Assembly (NCBI GenBank): GCA_951406725.2
Contig: OX597821.1
Coordinates: 59,830,001-59,894,000, forward strand
DNA: 64,000 bases
Reading direction: 5' to 3'
Source of the DNA: Octopus vulgaris
Taxonomy: Eukaryota
This document shows, piece by piece, positions 13,200 to 24,829 of this stretch (position 1 is the stretch's first letter; the number at the start of each line of letters is the position of its first letter). A program made the position numbers and the translations under genes. The notes below the pieces were generated by a model, which ran no database searches, had not been told where the DNA came from, and saw only the letters and a list, made by a program, of their open reading frames with translations.

Positions 13200-13310
13200 C
13201 AAACCGACTGAAATTGAAAGTGATCCAAACATTCTGATGAGGAGACAGAAGGACATTGATTATGGCATGAACACAATTGGTTACGACAATTACGTCAAAG
13301 TGATTCCAAG
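13200..13310 (+). CDS. SLBP: SLBP exon 5, N-half of the RNA-binding domain: KPTEIESDPNILMRRQKDIDYGMNTIGYDNYVKVIP(R)
   Basis: Clear match to human [38 protein letters not shown] acceptor and AAG|GTAATA donor. Confidence 0.95.
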
Positions 13311-13451
13311 GTAATATTTTCTTTTCACTTAAACAATTCTTGTTCTCAAATTTTACAGATTTATTTTATTTTAAGAATATTCACAAATGCTGTATAAAAC
13401 ATGTAATATTTCATCAATGGTGGGTGCTCATCTTCTCTTTATTCTTTGCAG

Positions 13452-13583
13452 GCATAAACGGAAAAAGACTCATCCCAAAACTCCTAATAAGTACCAGAAA
13501 TGTAGTCGCAGGTCATGGGATGGACAGATGAGGAATTGGCGTATTGCACTCCATCAATTTGATAACGTTACTAGTTTATCACG
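13452..13583 (+). CDS. SLBP: SLBP exon 6, C-half of the RNA-binding domain: [43 protein letters not shown](R)
   Basis: HPKTPNK and SRRSWD..W..ALH hallmark motifs; TTGCAG acceptor, CG|GTAGGT donor. Confidence 0.95.
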
Positions 13584-14125
13584 GTAGGTACTCTAAATTT
13601 GGTACATAACTGAGTTCTTAACTATTTTGTAACCAGAGCAAGCAGCGATGTTTGTTTTCACCTAAAAGCAAAATCTTACAGGTACCTCCTCCTGCTCTTC
13701 GTTTTGACTTAGTAGTTTACTGCTGAAGCAAGTTGTATATCTTTAAACCCTTCAGCATTTAATCTGATCAGATCTGGCCTCTCAAACCCACCCCACAATG
13801 TCATTCTAAAAATAAACAGCAGCCAACCAAAGCCTTGTGAGTGAATTTGATAGGAAGAAACTGAAAGTAGCTCGTGTGTATATTTGTGTTTTGTCCCCCA
13901 CCACCATTGCTTGGCAATCAGTGTTGGTGTGTTTACATCCCTGTAACATAGTGCTTCAACAAAAGGGACTGATAGCATGAGTCCTGGGGTTAATGTCTTA
14001 GACTAAAACGCTTCAAGGCAGTGCCCCAGAATGGCCACGGTCATATGACTGAAGCAAGTAATAAAAGAATAAAAGGACATTTGACTGACAGGGTAATCTG
14101 AATGCTGAAGGGTTAACTGCTGCTT

Positions 14126-14487
14126 TCACTGTTAAGGATATTGAATGGAAATAACAATCGCAGTGTGGAAGGTGTTTATAAGCCATTTACAAACACAAGA
14201 ATCATTAGATTCACTTCAACATTTAAATTTTATTTGCCAAAATATTTTCTTGCTTCAAGACTGCTGACAAAATTCCGTGCTGCGGAACAGAATTTTGTCT
14301 GATCAGGTCGCAGTCTCAAAGTGACAAAAATATTTTGGCAAATTAAATTTAAATGTTGAAGTGACTCTAACAGCTTTTGTGTATTTTTTAAATGGCTTAC
14401 AAATACCTTCAGTGCTGCAATTGTTTTTGTTTCAGCACACGATTTCATATCAGGTCACTTGCTATGCAAGTGCATCTCCGTAACTGA
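14126..14487. mobile_element. Foldback/palindromic MITE in the last SLBP intron
   Basis: ~110-bp inverted arms (14153-14262 / 14310-14425) around a central small hairpin. Confidence 0.75.
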
Positions 14488-14566
14488 AAATAAATTTTAT
14501 CTTTAAAAAAAAAAAAAAATAATAATTGCTTAAGAATTTTGTTAAATGTTCTTTTGTTCCTTTCAG

Positions 14567-14810
14567 AAGTGACTCAGTTACATCTGATAATTCGTCTGAA
14601 ATTTCCAACAGTGCTGTCAGTGAAGAAGTTATTGAAGAAGAGGATATTGGTTTTGATATTGATATTGACCTTGCTCTTGAGTCACCTCCATTGTCTCCAT
14701 CTAAGGATAGCCTGGCTTCGCCATTGGAAGAGACAGTAATGCTTACAGATCCATCTTCAGAGAATCATGTTCCTCGTGCAGTTCTAAGTGCAACTGATAA
14801 CATCGAATAG
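14567..14810 (+). CDS. SLBP: SLBP last coding exon: acidic/Ser-rich C-terminal tail ending at TAG
   Basis: TTTCAG acceptor in phase 2; SDSVTSDNSSEISNSAVSEEVIEEEDIGFDIDID...NIE*; acidic tail typical of SLBP. Confidence 0.85.
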
Positions 14811-15116
14811 TATATTGTTTTGAGCAGCATAAAAGAGTTTTCCATCATATAAAACGATTTAGTTAAGCTTCCTTCCTCATATAATATAATATATTTAATA
14901 TTATATATAAAGCACAGACGACATTTTAACTTAACTTGATTCTCACTTATTCATTCATGTGTGTGTGTTTGTAAATTTGTGTGAGTTGATGGCTTTAAAA
15001 AAAAAAAGGCCTATCCATAGCTACACTATCCGGAAAGCTGATGTGTCCCCTAAATTTTTAATCTTCATATATTTCCATTCTATTTTATATTTAATGTATC
15101 ATTGATTTTAATTTCT

Positions 15117-15160
15117 TGTAAATAAATTGAATTTGATTAAAAAGTTGTTTTTTATTTTTC
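15117..15160 (+). terminator. SLBP polyadenylation signal
   Basis: TGTA followed by AATAAA (15121-15126) and a downstream GT/T-rich tract, ~310 nt after the stop codon. Confidence 0.65.
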
Positions 15161-15706
15161 TCTCCTTATAGTCTACAGAAATATTATTAATGGGTGGGGC
15201 AATTGGTTTGTTATTTTGTCCATTGGTTTTGGTTATTCAACCAAGACTGTTGACATTGTAATCACAAAAGGTAATGTCAAGTTAGGTGTGGTTTGAATTT
15301 AGTGTGTGACTAAATAATGACATTTCATCTAACACTCTACCAATTGTGCCCGGCATTCTGTTGGTGAGTGATGAATTATGTTCAATGAGTTTTTCTTTTG
15401 GTTTCTTGATGCAGGATGTTATTGTTACAAAATCCTAATTTTTTAATATTGATATTTAATTCATTTATGTATGTCACTCTCCTGAACTTACTACCTACTC
15501 TCCCTGTCCAGTTCTTTGTACTACTTGTGTTCACCTTCCTGTAACTAAAGGTATTCTCAGACACATCTTCACAACCTCTTTTCCAAATCATACTTTAACC
15601 TTATAGCATTTAAACTGGTCCAAATATTCTGTTTTGTAAATTAGAAAATTACTATTTTTAAATCTCACAACGTGAGATATTCAGCAACAGTACTTTGTAG
15701 TAAAGG

Positions 15707-16032
15707 TTGTTTGCCAACATAACATGGCAGTCCTGGTTTAGGGCTAATGTTGCTGTGATTTAGCCCCAGGAGCCATCGTCTCCAGCTGTGTCCTTGTATT
15801 TTTGAACAAGGGAATCTAGCACCCCCACTCAGCTCAAAACAATATCTGTGTATCATGAAGTAACCCAGAAATTGCAATACAAAGATATTGTTTTAAGCTG
15901 AGTGTGGGTGCTAGATTCCCTTGTTTGAAAATATAAGGACACAGATCATGTCATATAGCCAGCTGGAGACGATGTCTCCTGGGGCTGAATTACAGCAACA
16001 TTAGTTCCAAACCATGTTATGTTGGCAAACAA
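15707..16032. repeat. ~325-bp inverted repeat (foldback element)
   Basis: Arms TTGTTTGCCAACATAACATGG... / ...CCATGTTATGTTGGCAAACAA with a ~25-nt loop. Confidence 0.9.
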
Positions 16033-17282
16033 TTCTGTTTTGTGTTCAAAGATCTGGCCTCTTACATTTACCCTGTAGTGTCCTGAAAATATACAATCAC
16101 AATTTTGAAGCTACTACGTGATTAATTTTTTAAAATGTGGGTAAATAAGTATGAAATTTGACACTAATCTGAATGCTAATGGGTTAACTTTCTATTACTT
16201 GCCATAAAACTGCTTCCCTCGAAACTACTCACCAGTGAAGGGACCTTGGTGACACATAAGCATCCAGTACACTCTATTATAGAGGTTGGTGTTAGGAGGG
16301 ACATCCAGCCATAGAAACCATGCCAAAGCAGACATTTGCTGTTTGGAGCAGTCCCTTAGCTCTTGTCTGACTGTCCTATCCATCACAGCAAATGTAGAAA
16401 ATATGTAAGTAAGAAGACAATTGCTGAGTGTTAAAGTTGTACAAAAGAGGGAGTTGACTGGGTGCTTCCAGAGACAGTAACATGGTGAGAAAGGAAGTAC
16501 ATGGTATACAGCTTAATAGCTGAAAGGTACTTAGACCATTGTTTTTGAAATAGAAAAGTCAGGGAGAATGTTAACAGATTGTGTTTTCTAGTATTATGAC
16601 CTACTTGTATTTTCTTTTTAAGGCCTTTTCCACTTTGTTTTGATGATGATGTTCCAGAAAAAATTGTACATGCCATCAATATTCTCTTGAAAGACTCAAT
16701 GGGCAATATGAAAGCTGTTTTGTTTGTTTGTATTTAAAGAGTTACAATCGCATTAGAGTATGCTGCAATTATTGCAGCTGACCAATCTGCCAGGTTTTCA
16801 CTTCCCAAAAAAGATGGGGCAAGATATTGCATTGTTATCAGATCTAGTTTAAGGTCAACTACTGCTGAGAACAGAAATTTCAGTTGCTCAAATTAGCCGA
16901 CACTGAGGGGGAAGATTGTCGATTTCGTTTTTATGATGCCTGTTGTGAGATGATTGAATGAATCTCCCCCCCCCTCACAATGTAAATAGAATAAAATGCA
17001 GACCACTGATATTCCATTTGGTTAGCTTGACTTTAATACCAATCGCAAACGTCACAACCTCACGTCTTATAGAATCTACTGAGTGCTTAACTAATTTATT
17101 TGCTTATTCATTTGGTCAATAAATCAGAATTTGTCAGTCCTTTTGTCACCATTCACAATTTTGTCAATGACATGTCTCCTCTACTCATGGTTTGTCTATT
17201 GAGTACTGATGAATTACACCTCACCCATGCAGAGCATATAATACTATGCACACACAAATGTGTGTATATTAATCTACCAATG

Positions 17283-17790
17283 TACAAGGGGGTGCTGAAA
17301 AGATCCTGGCTTTGGTAAAAATCATTATCATCATTCTACCGTGGTCAAGACAATGGAATTTACTATGTTATGCCAGACCTCACGGTCCATCATAGCATTA
17401 CGGAGGTCCTATTGCTGGATGCCTGTATCCATGGAGATTACATCAGGATAGGAGAGTGTGCGCTCTCTGGTATTGTGAGTAGATGGCTTCCAGAGGAGAA
17501 GAGTAGAAATTACCTCGTTTTCAGCCCTACAACAATGTCCAGCAAACTGGACTCTTCTACCTTTCACAAGAGATGATACAGTTGGTAATTTCCCATATAT
17601 TTGTACTTTGGTTGGATGATGCTTCCATGAGAGAATTTGAGTAAAAAAGGAGGATCAGTTAATTATGATTTTATTCAACATATTCCCCTTTCAGATTCAT
17701 CCACTTATTGCTGTGGTCCTTCAGTTCTAAGTCCTTTAAAAGAACACAGAAGGTTGGGCCTCCAATCAAGCTTTTCAGCATCCTACATAT
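17283..17790. mobile_element. Decayed mariner-type non-autonomous element
   Basis: Degenerate TIR pair TACAAGGGGGTGCTGAAAAG ... CTTTTCAGCATCC; GEYVE* transposase C-terminus on the minus strand near 17690. Confidence 0.5.
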
Positions 17791-19134
17791 GTTTACTAAT
17801 ATATCTGTGTGCATTTATTAATCCAACATATAACCCTTTTTTTTTTTTTTTTGCTTTTCGTCTGGTTGGTAAGGTGGGCAGAAGCAGTCTGCCATATCTA
17901 CTGAAATACCAGATTTATGCTGTGGTGTTTGAACAGGTGTGTGTATACATGTGGATTCGTAAATGATTTTATATGGCTTTTTTTTTCTTTTAATGTGATG
18001 GTTTCCATTTAATGTAATCTCTTGTATGGGTTATAAAGATGTGTCATGGTTGTATTTAAATGATCTTTATGCCAACATTACTCAGCATGCCATCTTTATC
18101 CTTAGCATGCTGATAGAGTACTGAGTTAATGTTTTATCACAATGTTCCTTCCAATGATCATCCATTCTTTCAGCTGGACTCCTTGCAGTCTTACCAGTAA
18201 CTGCTGTTGTGATCAAGTTCTTCTATTCACCCCTTCCTTACATTTTAATTAATAAACTACTTAAAAATTTGATTATATTTTGTGGACAATATATATTGGT
18301 TTCAAATTGTGGCACGGGTCCAGCAATTTCAGGGGATGGGATAAGTCAATTACATTGACAAGTATTCGTTTTCATTTGAGCAAACATGTAACATAAAATG
18401 AGTGGTTTGCTCCAGAACACAATTCTCTGTCCAGTACAAGAATGAAACTTATGATCTTAGTCATATTTGCTTACCTTGTGGGAAAGACAATAATATTAAA
18501 AATGAATCTTTGTTCTTCAGATTAGTCAAAATATGAGACTTGCTTACTGCTTATGATAGCATTGATCTAAGACATTCATCTTCCTCTGCCTCCAGCATAT
18601 CATTTCTCATGGGAGTAGATGTGGATGATAAGGCTGTTACCAGTTAGGCAGATCCTGTGACACTGGGAGCACTGAAAGTGACCCCAAACAACAGCTGCTC
18701 TACTTCACCACTACCACTTGCCAAAAAAAAAAATAGAAATGCCATTTACGAACATATTTTATGTATAGACTTGGTTTTTTTATTTATATTCTCAATATAA
18801 ACACACACACCAGCTTTTCCCCATTCAGTGAATAAAATCACATCTAACTGTTCCAGTCAGCTGTTACATGATTCTTATCTTCTGTGGACATTTACCTCAA
18901 TGGTTCTCAACCATTTCTTTTGCGTATGGACTTCTTTGGTTACCATTTAACTATGGTGGAAACCGTCCACCCCTCCCCCTAAATATTTGTTGTTTAAAAA
19001 ACTAGTTTCATACATACTTCTTCCAAAATTTCTATTTTATTTTTCATACATTCACTTGTGTACATTTGCAATAAACATTCACAGAGAGAACAATTTTTTC
19101 AGTGGCCAGAAACATCCTAAACTACAAACTTAAT

Positions 19135-19355
19135 GGCGGCAAGCTGGCAGAATTGTTAGCACGCTGGGTGAAATAATTAGCGGTATTTCGTCTGCCACTA
19201 CGTTCTGAGTTCAAATTCCGCCGAGGTCGACTTTGCCTTTCATCCTTTTGGGGTCGATAAATTAAGTACCAGTTATGCACTGGGGTCGATGTGATCAACT
19301 TAATCCCTTTGTTTGTCGCCTCTATGTTTAGCCCCTTGTGGGCAATAAAAAAATA
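19135..19355 (+). mobile_element. tRNA-derived SINE with a Deu/Nin-like domain; other copies 31860-32075(+), 33085-33303(-), 21095-21670(-, tandem x3)
   Basis: GAGCTGGCAGAAT..TTAGC head, GAGTTCAAATTC B box, GCCTTTCATCCTTT.GGGGTCGATAAA.TAAGTACCAG core. Confidence 0.85.
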
Positions 19356-22193
19356 AGAAACATCCTAAACTACAGAACATCAGAGAAACTGATCTGTTTC
19401 TTTAAATAAATACATTTACAGTAAAATTTTATCATGAACCTTTAAAACATTTCTGTCGATCCCCAATTTACTATTTTCCTTCTGTAGACTCCCTTCCCTC
19501 CCACCAAAAAAAAACTTATAAGGACCAAGTTGTAATATTCTACAATAGATATACCATTTATTAAAGTTAAGTAATTACAATGTAAAAAGCAGCCGACTTT
19601 CTTTGTGAAATTCCCCTGAAAACTTTCTCCCAAGGCCTTAACACATCTACTTTTACCAATAGCTTTTACTCAATTACACACAGTAACAATTATCCAAGTG
19701 TTCATTATATTATAGACATACTCCACTCCAAAATATTTTGATGTCTCTATAATGGTCCAATGTAACTTTCCTTTTCTCTACATCCTGTGCGTCTAATGTT
19801 CTATCTGCTGCTAAAATGTCTTTTGCTGGACATCCACTTCCTGGAATGAGACAACTGGGTGCAGACTGAATGCTGGACATTCAACCTGTTTTGGTAACAA
19901 TATCTTTTTGCACTGGAAACAGACACACACATACACATGTATGTGTGCACAGAATTATACGCATACAGAGAGGAGTGTGACATTACAATTTATTAATTGG
20001 ACATGGCTAATGTAAACACTTTCTCTCTCTTCATACACGTGAAGAGAAATATAAGTAAAAAGAGAGAGAGAATGTGAGAAACATTAAAATGTCTGATGTC
20101 AAATTGCATTGAATCAACAATGACAAACAGGCAGGGCAAAGACACCTCATACCCTCTACTTCTTCCATTGGCTTGACTTCCAGGCAAAGCTGTGTGGTAA
20201 GAAGTTTGCCTTCCAGTCACATAGTTCTGGGTTCAATCCCAGTGTGACACCTTGAGCAAGTGTCTTCTACTACTGCCCCAAGCCAACCAAAGCATGAGCA
20301 GATCTGGTAGATGGAAACTGAAAGAAGCCTGTTGTATGTGTGTGTATGTATGCATCATCATCACTATTTAACGTCCGCTTTCACTGCTGGCATGGGTTGG
20401 ACAGTTTGACAGATGGCTGCACCAGGCTCCAATCTGATCTGGCAGAGTTTCTACAGCTAGATGCCCTTCCTAACTGCATAGACATAGATATATCTGTATA
20501 CATGATGGAGTCTCCCATTGATGATGATGTATGAGTGTTCAGCTTTTGCTAAACAACCTGCACAGCTAATTTGTTTATAGCAAAAAAAAATAAATAAATA
20601 TCAAGCTTTGAAAAAACTAAGTATTGGTGTCAATTCATTTGACTTCAAGGCGGGGCCCCAGCATGGCCACAGTCCAAAGACTGAAACAGGTAAAAGATAA
20701 AGCTCAAACAGTTAAATAATGTTTAATAATATCAAAACATGAATACTATGTATTCCAAGAGATTCCTAATAGAAGGTTGGCCCTTTAATTACATATAATA
20801 TTGCACATTAAATTATAACTGTCATCTTCTACAAGTCTTACAGTTATTAATATTTCAAAAACCACATCAAGAAGACTTGCCTTCCTTTTAAAGAAATACT
20901 TCAGTTCTGAGCAGCAGTTGACACGTCACAATCTCTAGTGTATTCTTATCATTAGAATGATATACTTCTCTTTGTAAGTAGAATCCTTCAACATATTCAC
21001 AACTAAGTCACAGACAGAACTGCCAGATTTCCTTTATTGTAAAACACATACAAAGAAACAAAATTTTAAGAAGCAGAACAATAGAATATTCCGTTCTACT
21101 ATAGGCACAAGACCTGCAATTTTGGGGGAGGAGGCTTGTCGATTACATCAACGCCAGTGTATGACCGGTACTTAATTTATCGACCCTGAAAAGATGAAAA
21201 GCAAAGTTGACCCTGGTGGAATTTGAGCTGAAAATGTAAATGTGGCTAAGCATTTTGTCCAGTGAGCTAATGATTCTGCCAGCTCATTGCCTTAACTTTG
21301 CTGCTATAAGCACAAGGCCTGCAATTTTGGTGGAGGAAACAAGTCGATTACATTGACCCCAGTGCATGACTGGTTCTCTTAATTTATCAACGCTGAAAAG
21401 ATGAAAAGCAAGGTCAATCTCAGCAGAATTTGAGCTGAGAACAGAAATGCTGCTCAGGATTGTATCCAGCATTCTACCTGCTCATTGCCTTAATAAGCTC
21501 TCTACAATAAGTTCAAGGCCTGTAATTTGGGGAGAAGGCGCCAGTCAATTACATTGACCCCAGTGCTGGATTGGTCAAGAATAAAAGGTACAGAATTTGA
21601 ACTCAGAATGTAAATATTGCTAAGCATTTTGTTCAGCATAGTAATGATTCTGCCAGCTGGTTGCCTTAGAACAATAGAATAACAAATAGCATTTAATATC
21701 TATATGAATTTATATAAGATTGATTCTACTGTATCCAAAATGGTCCCGAATTCTTCATTTAAGTGGCCGTCAAATATGTACCAGGGTCAAAAATTCTAGC
21801 ATATTAAGTCTGAGCCTCTGAACTGCCATTGAAAATCACATCATTTGTGAATATATTTGTTGAATATTTCTAACTAAAAACAAGTTGAAATGATGGCATA
21901 TCATCATCATTATCAACATCATCAATTAACTTTCATTTTTCCATGCTTGCATGGATCAGATGGAATTTGTTGAGGTAAACAAATTCTATCTATGTCGCAA
22001 ATAGCCAGCAAATTAATTATTTGCAACGGCTTATCAAAAATTAATTATAGTGATATTCTATATATCACAGAAACGAGATTCAACTGGCAAACAGTGATCG
22101 GATGCCTCCCACTGATGATTTCCAGTAGAATGAAATCATGTGATACAGGAATTCTGATGCTCATGACAGATGATTCTCATTTGCTACAGTCTA

Positions 22194-23043
22194 CAGGGTT
22201 CGAAGGCTAAATTGTCACCATTTTACGCATGCACATTGTTTTTGATTTTGTCGTCTATGTGGTATAGCAGGGCTAGATGGGCACTATCGGTGAGAAAAAC
22301 AGCACCATGACACAATTCACTCTGCCAGAAATTTAGAAACGACATGCTGTACTGCCTAACATTCACACTGGAAGCGCCAATACAAATATTTCAGAGTGTT
22401 TGGGTGTCAATCTGATGATAGTACAATCTGAGGACATGTACCAAGAGTGATAAAAATCAAACATCCAGTCAACATCATGGTGTTTGGAGTGATCACTAGT
22501 GCTGGCGACATTATACTTCCATTCATCTTCCCACATGGCCTCTGACTCAACACAGAGGCCTACATTAAGTGCCTGGAGCAGGTAGTGCTGCCCTGGGTGA
22601 AGAAGGTGGCTGCTGGAAGTCCCTATGCCTGGCAACAGGGCTCTGCACCATGCCACACAAGCAGGAGAACCCAGTCATGGCTGTCAGACAATTTCTACAA
22701 CCACATCACTCCTAACATTTGGTGATGTAACTCCCCAGACTGCAACCCCCTTGATTATTATGTGTGGGATGCAGTTGAGTGAGAGACCATCGAAACCCCT
22801 TGTAACACCAAAAATGAAGTGAAGGCAAGGATTATGGCAGCATTCACCAACTTAAACAAGGAGATTCTGAAGTCATCTGGAGGCCCTGGTTGAAGCCAAT
22901 GGCAATTTTATTGAATAAATTTACTCTTTAGTATTTCAAGATATTTTTATGTAATTTTGGTAAATATATCTGTTAAAATAAGATGTCAGTGTTATTTTCA
23001 TGTTTGCGTAATCTAGAGAAAATAGTTTATTCACTGCACTCTG
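22194..23043 (+). mobile_element. Internally deleted Tc1/mariner-superfamily element (DD37D/maT type)
   Basis: TA|CAGGGT... left end and ...ACTCTG|TA right end, imperfect TIRs, degenerate transposase (MVFGVITS, WQQ..APCHTS). Confidence 0.8.
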
Positions 23044-23061
23044 TATGTGTGTACTTTAATG

Positions 23062-23325
23062 CAGTGGTTCCCAAAGTGGGCAATATTGCTCCCCTGGGGG
23101 CAATGGAAAGTTCCAAGAGGGCATTGAAGAAAAGTGGGGTGATAATGAGGTCGCAATTCATGTAAAAACAACAAAATAATGTTAAGTTTTATTTGTGAAA
23201 TACAGTTGCTTTGAATTTGCTTCAGAAAGGGTCTATGTTTGTGATGGTTTGTTGGGGTGGGAGCACTAAGAATTGTGGCCTGGGTGTCAAGGGGGCAGCT
23301 GCCTGAAAATGTTTGGGAACAACTG
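23062..23325. mobile_element. hAT (Charlie-like) MITE
   Basis: TIR CAGTGGTTCCCAAA / TTTGGGAACAACTG; 8-bp TSD CTTTAATG / TTTTAATG. Confidence 0.85.
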
Positions 23326-23700
23326 TTTTAATGCACCAAGCACCGATATGAGAGGACCTCTCAAAGCTAATAATGCAGTATATTGTGTTCTAACAAAACA
23401 TCCATGCTAAGTTGGATATAAAGATTACATTTTCATATATACATACAGATATATCTTTTATCTTTTACTTGTTTCAATCATTAGACTGCAGTCATGCTAG
23501 GACACCACCTTGAAGAATTTTAGTCAAATTGACTCCAGTACTTATTTTTATTAAAACATGGTACTTATTCTATCAGTTGTTTTTGTCAAACTGCTAAGTT
23601 ATGAAGATGTAACCACACCAGCACTAGTTGTCAAGCAGTGGTGGGAGACAAACACAGGCATAAAGACATACACACATAAATATATATATATATGTATATA

Positions 23701-24780
23701 CTAGCTGGTGTACCCGGTAATTCCCGGGGCAAAGATGTTCTATTGAAATGTCTTATTACTCTGATATAAGAAAGCAATTTCGTTATAACTGCCACAAAAG
23801 GTTATTTTCCATCACTAGAAAGTACAAAAACTGTCAGCTGAGGAGGGAGAGATTGTTGGGGGTTGGCAAGAGAGGTTTTCGGAGGATGGCAAGAAAGATT
23901 GTTGGAGGTCAGTGAGAGAAGTTGTCCAAGGTTGGTGAGAGGTAAATACATTTTCTACTTAGTAAAGGCATCTAAGAAATGTATAACTGCTATCATTCAC
24001 AGAAAAACTATTGTTTTAACATGAGAAATGCGCTGTTGAAGTGTTAAGTGAAATTTGGCAATCAAGGCTTGAATCCATGCCATGCCTGAATGAAGCCACT
24101 ACAAATCATTGTGGAATAAAAGTTTATCTACTGTCATGGAAAAAGTATAACTGTAAAAATGCAGAATTATTGGAGTAATGAGCATTCAAAAAAGTATGTA
24201 TATATAGAAATGTATGAATGAAGTCTTTAATGTTTAAGATTCAAATTAAAGAAGTGCAATAATAATGTTTAGCCGTTCAAAACTGTGTAGTGAAATGCAG
24301 AATTAGGTTGGCTGATTGTGAGAATCAAATATTGACCACTTCGCTAAAATCTGCAGGTGGTATGGGTTATTTCCCTTGAGTTGTTTAAATAAAATATTAG
24401 TAATATGTAGTAGATAGAAGGGTCCATTGGAAGGGCCTTGTTATTGATTTTTTTTCAACAATCTAAGTATGTCACGAGGTTTCCAGACATGAGTGCTACT
24501 CATGTGTCAAATAAAGCATAAAAGTGATATTGTCTGCAAAAAGTAGACATAGAACAACACAAAGAATCAATATTGAAAGTAATCGAACATGAACAATGAA
24601 ATGGGTTATTTCCCTTGAGTGTTTAAGAAAAACATTGCACAAGTGCTATGGGTTATTTCCCTTGGGTGTTTAAAAAATTATTTACATGAGGTAGATTTAA
24701 CGGTCCCTTCCAGGGGCTGTATTATCGATTTTTTAAATTAATTTATTTTACCCTTATTATTATTGACTATATATATATAA
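23701..24780 (-). mobile_element. Non-autonomous Helitron-like element
   Basis: CTAG terminus at 23701 next to a CCCGG/CCGGG hairpin, (TA)n at the other end, internal repeats of TATGGGTTATTTCCCTTG. Confidence 0.6.
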
Positions 24781-24829
24781 ATGATATAGATATACATACA
24801 TACAAACATACATACATACATACATACAT

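Noticed and set aside
19560-19912. Possible minus-strand terminal exon (acceptor ~19913, AATAAA ~19560)
   Set aside because: No coherent reading frame or upstream exons identified; would need RNA evidence
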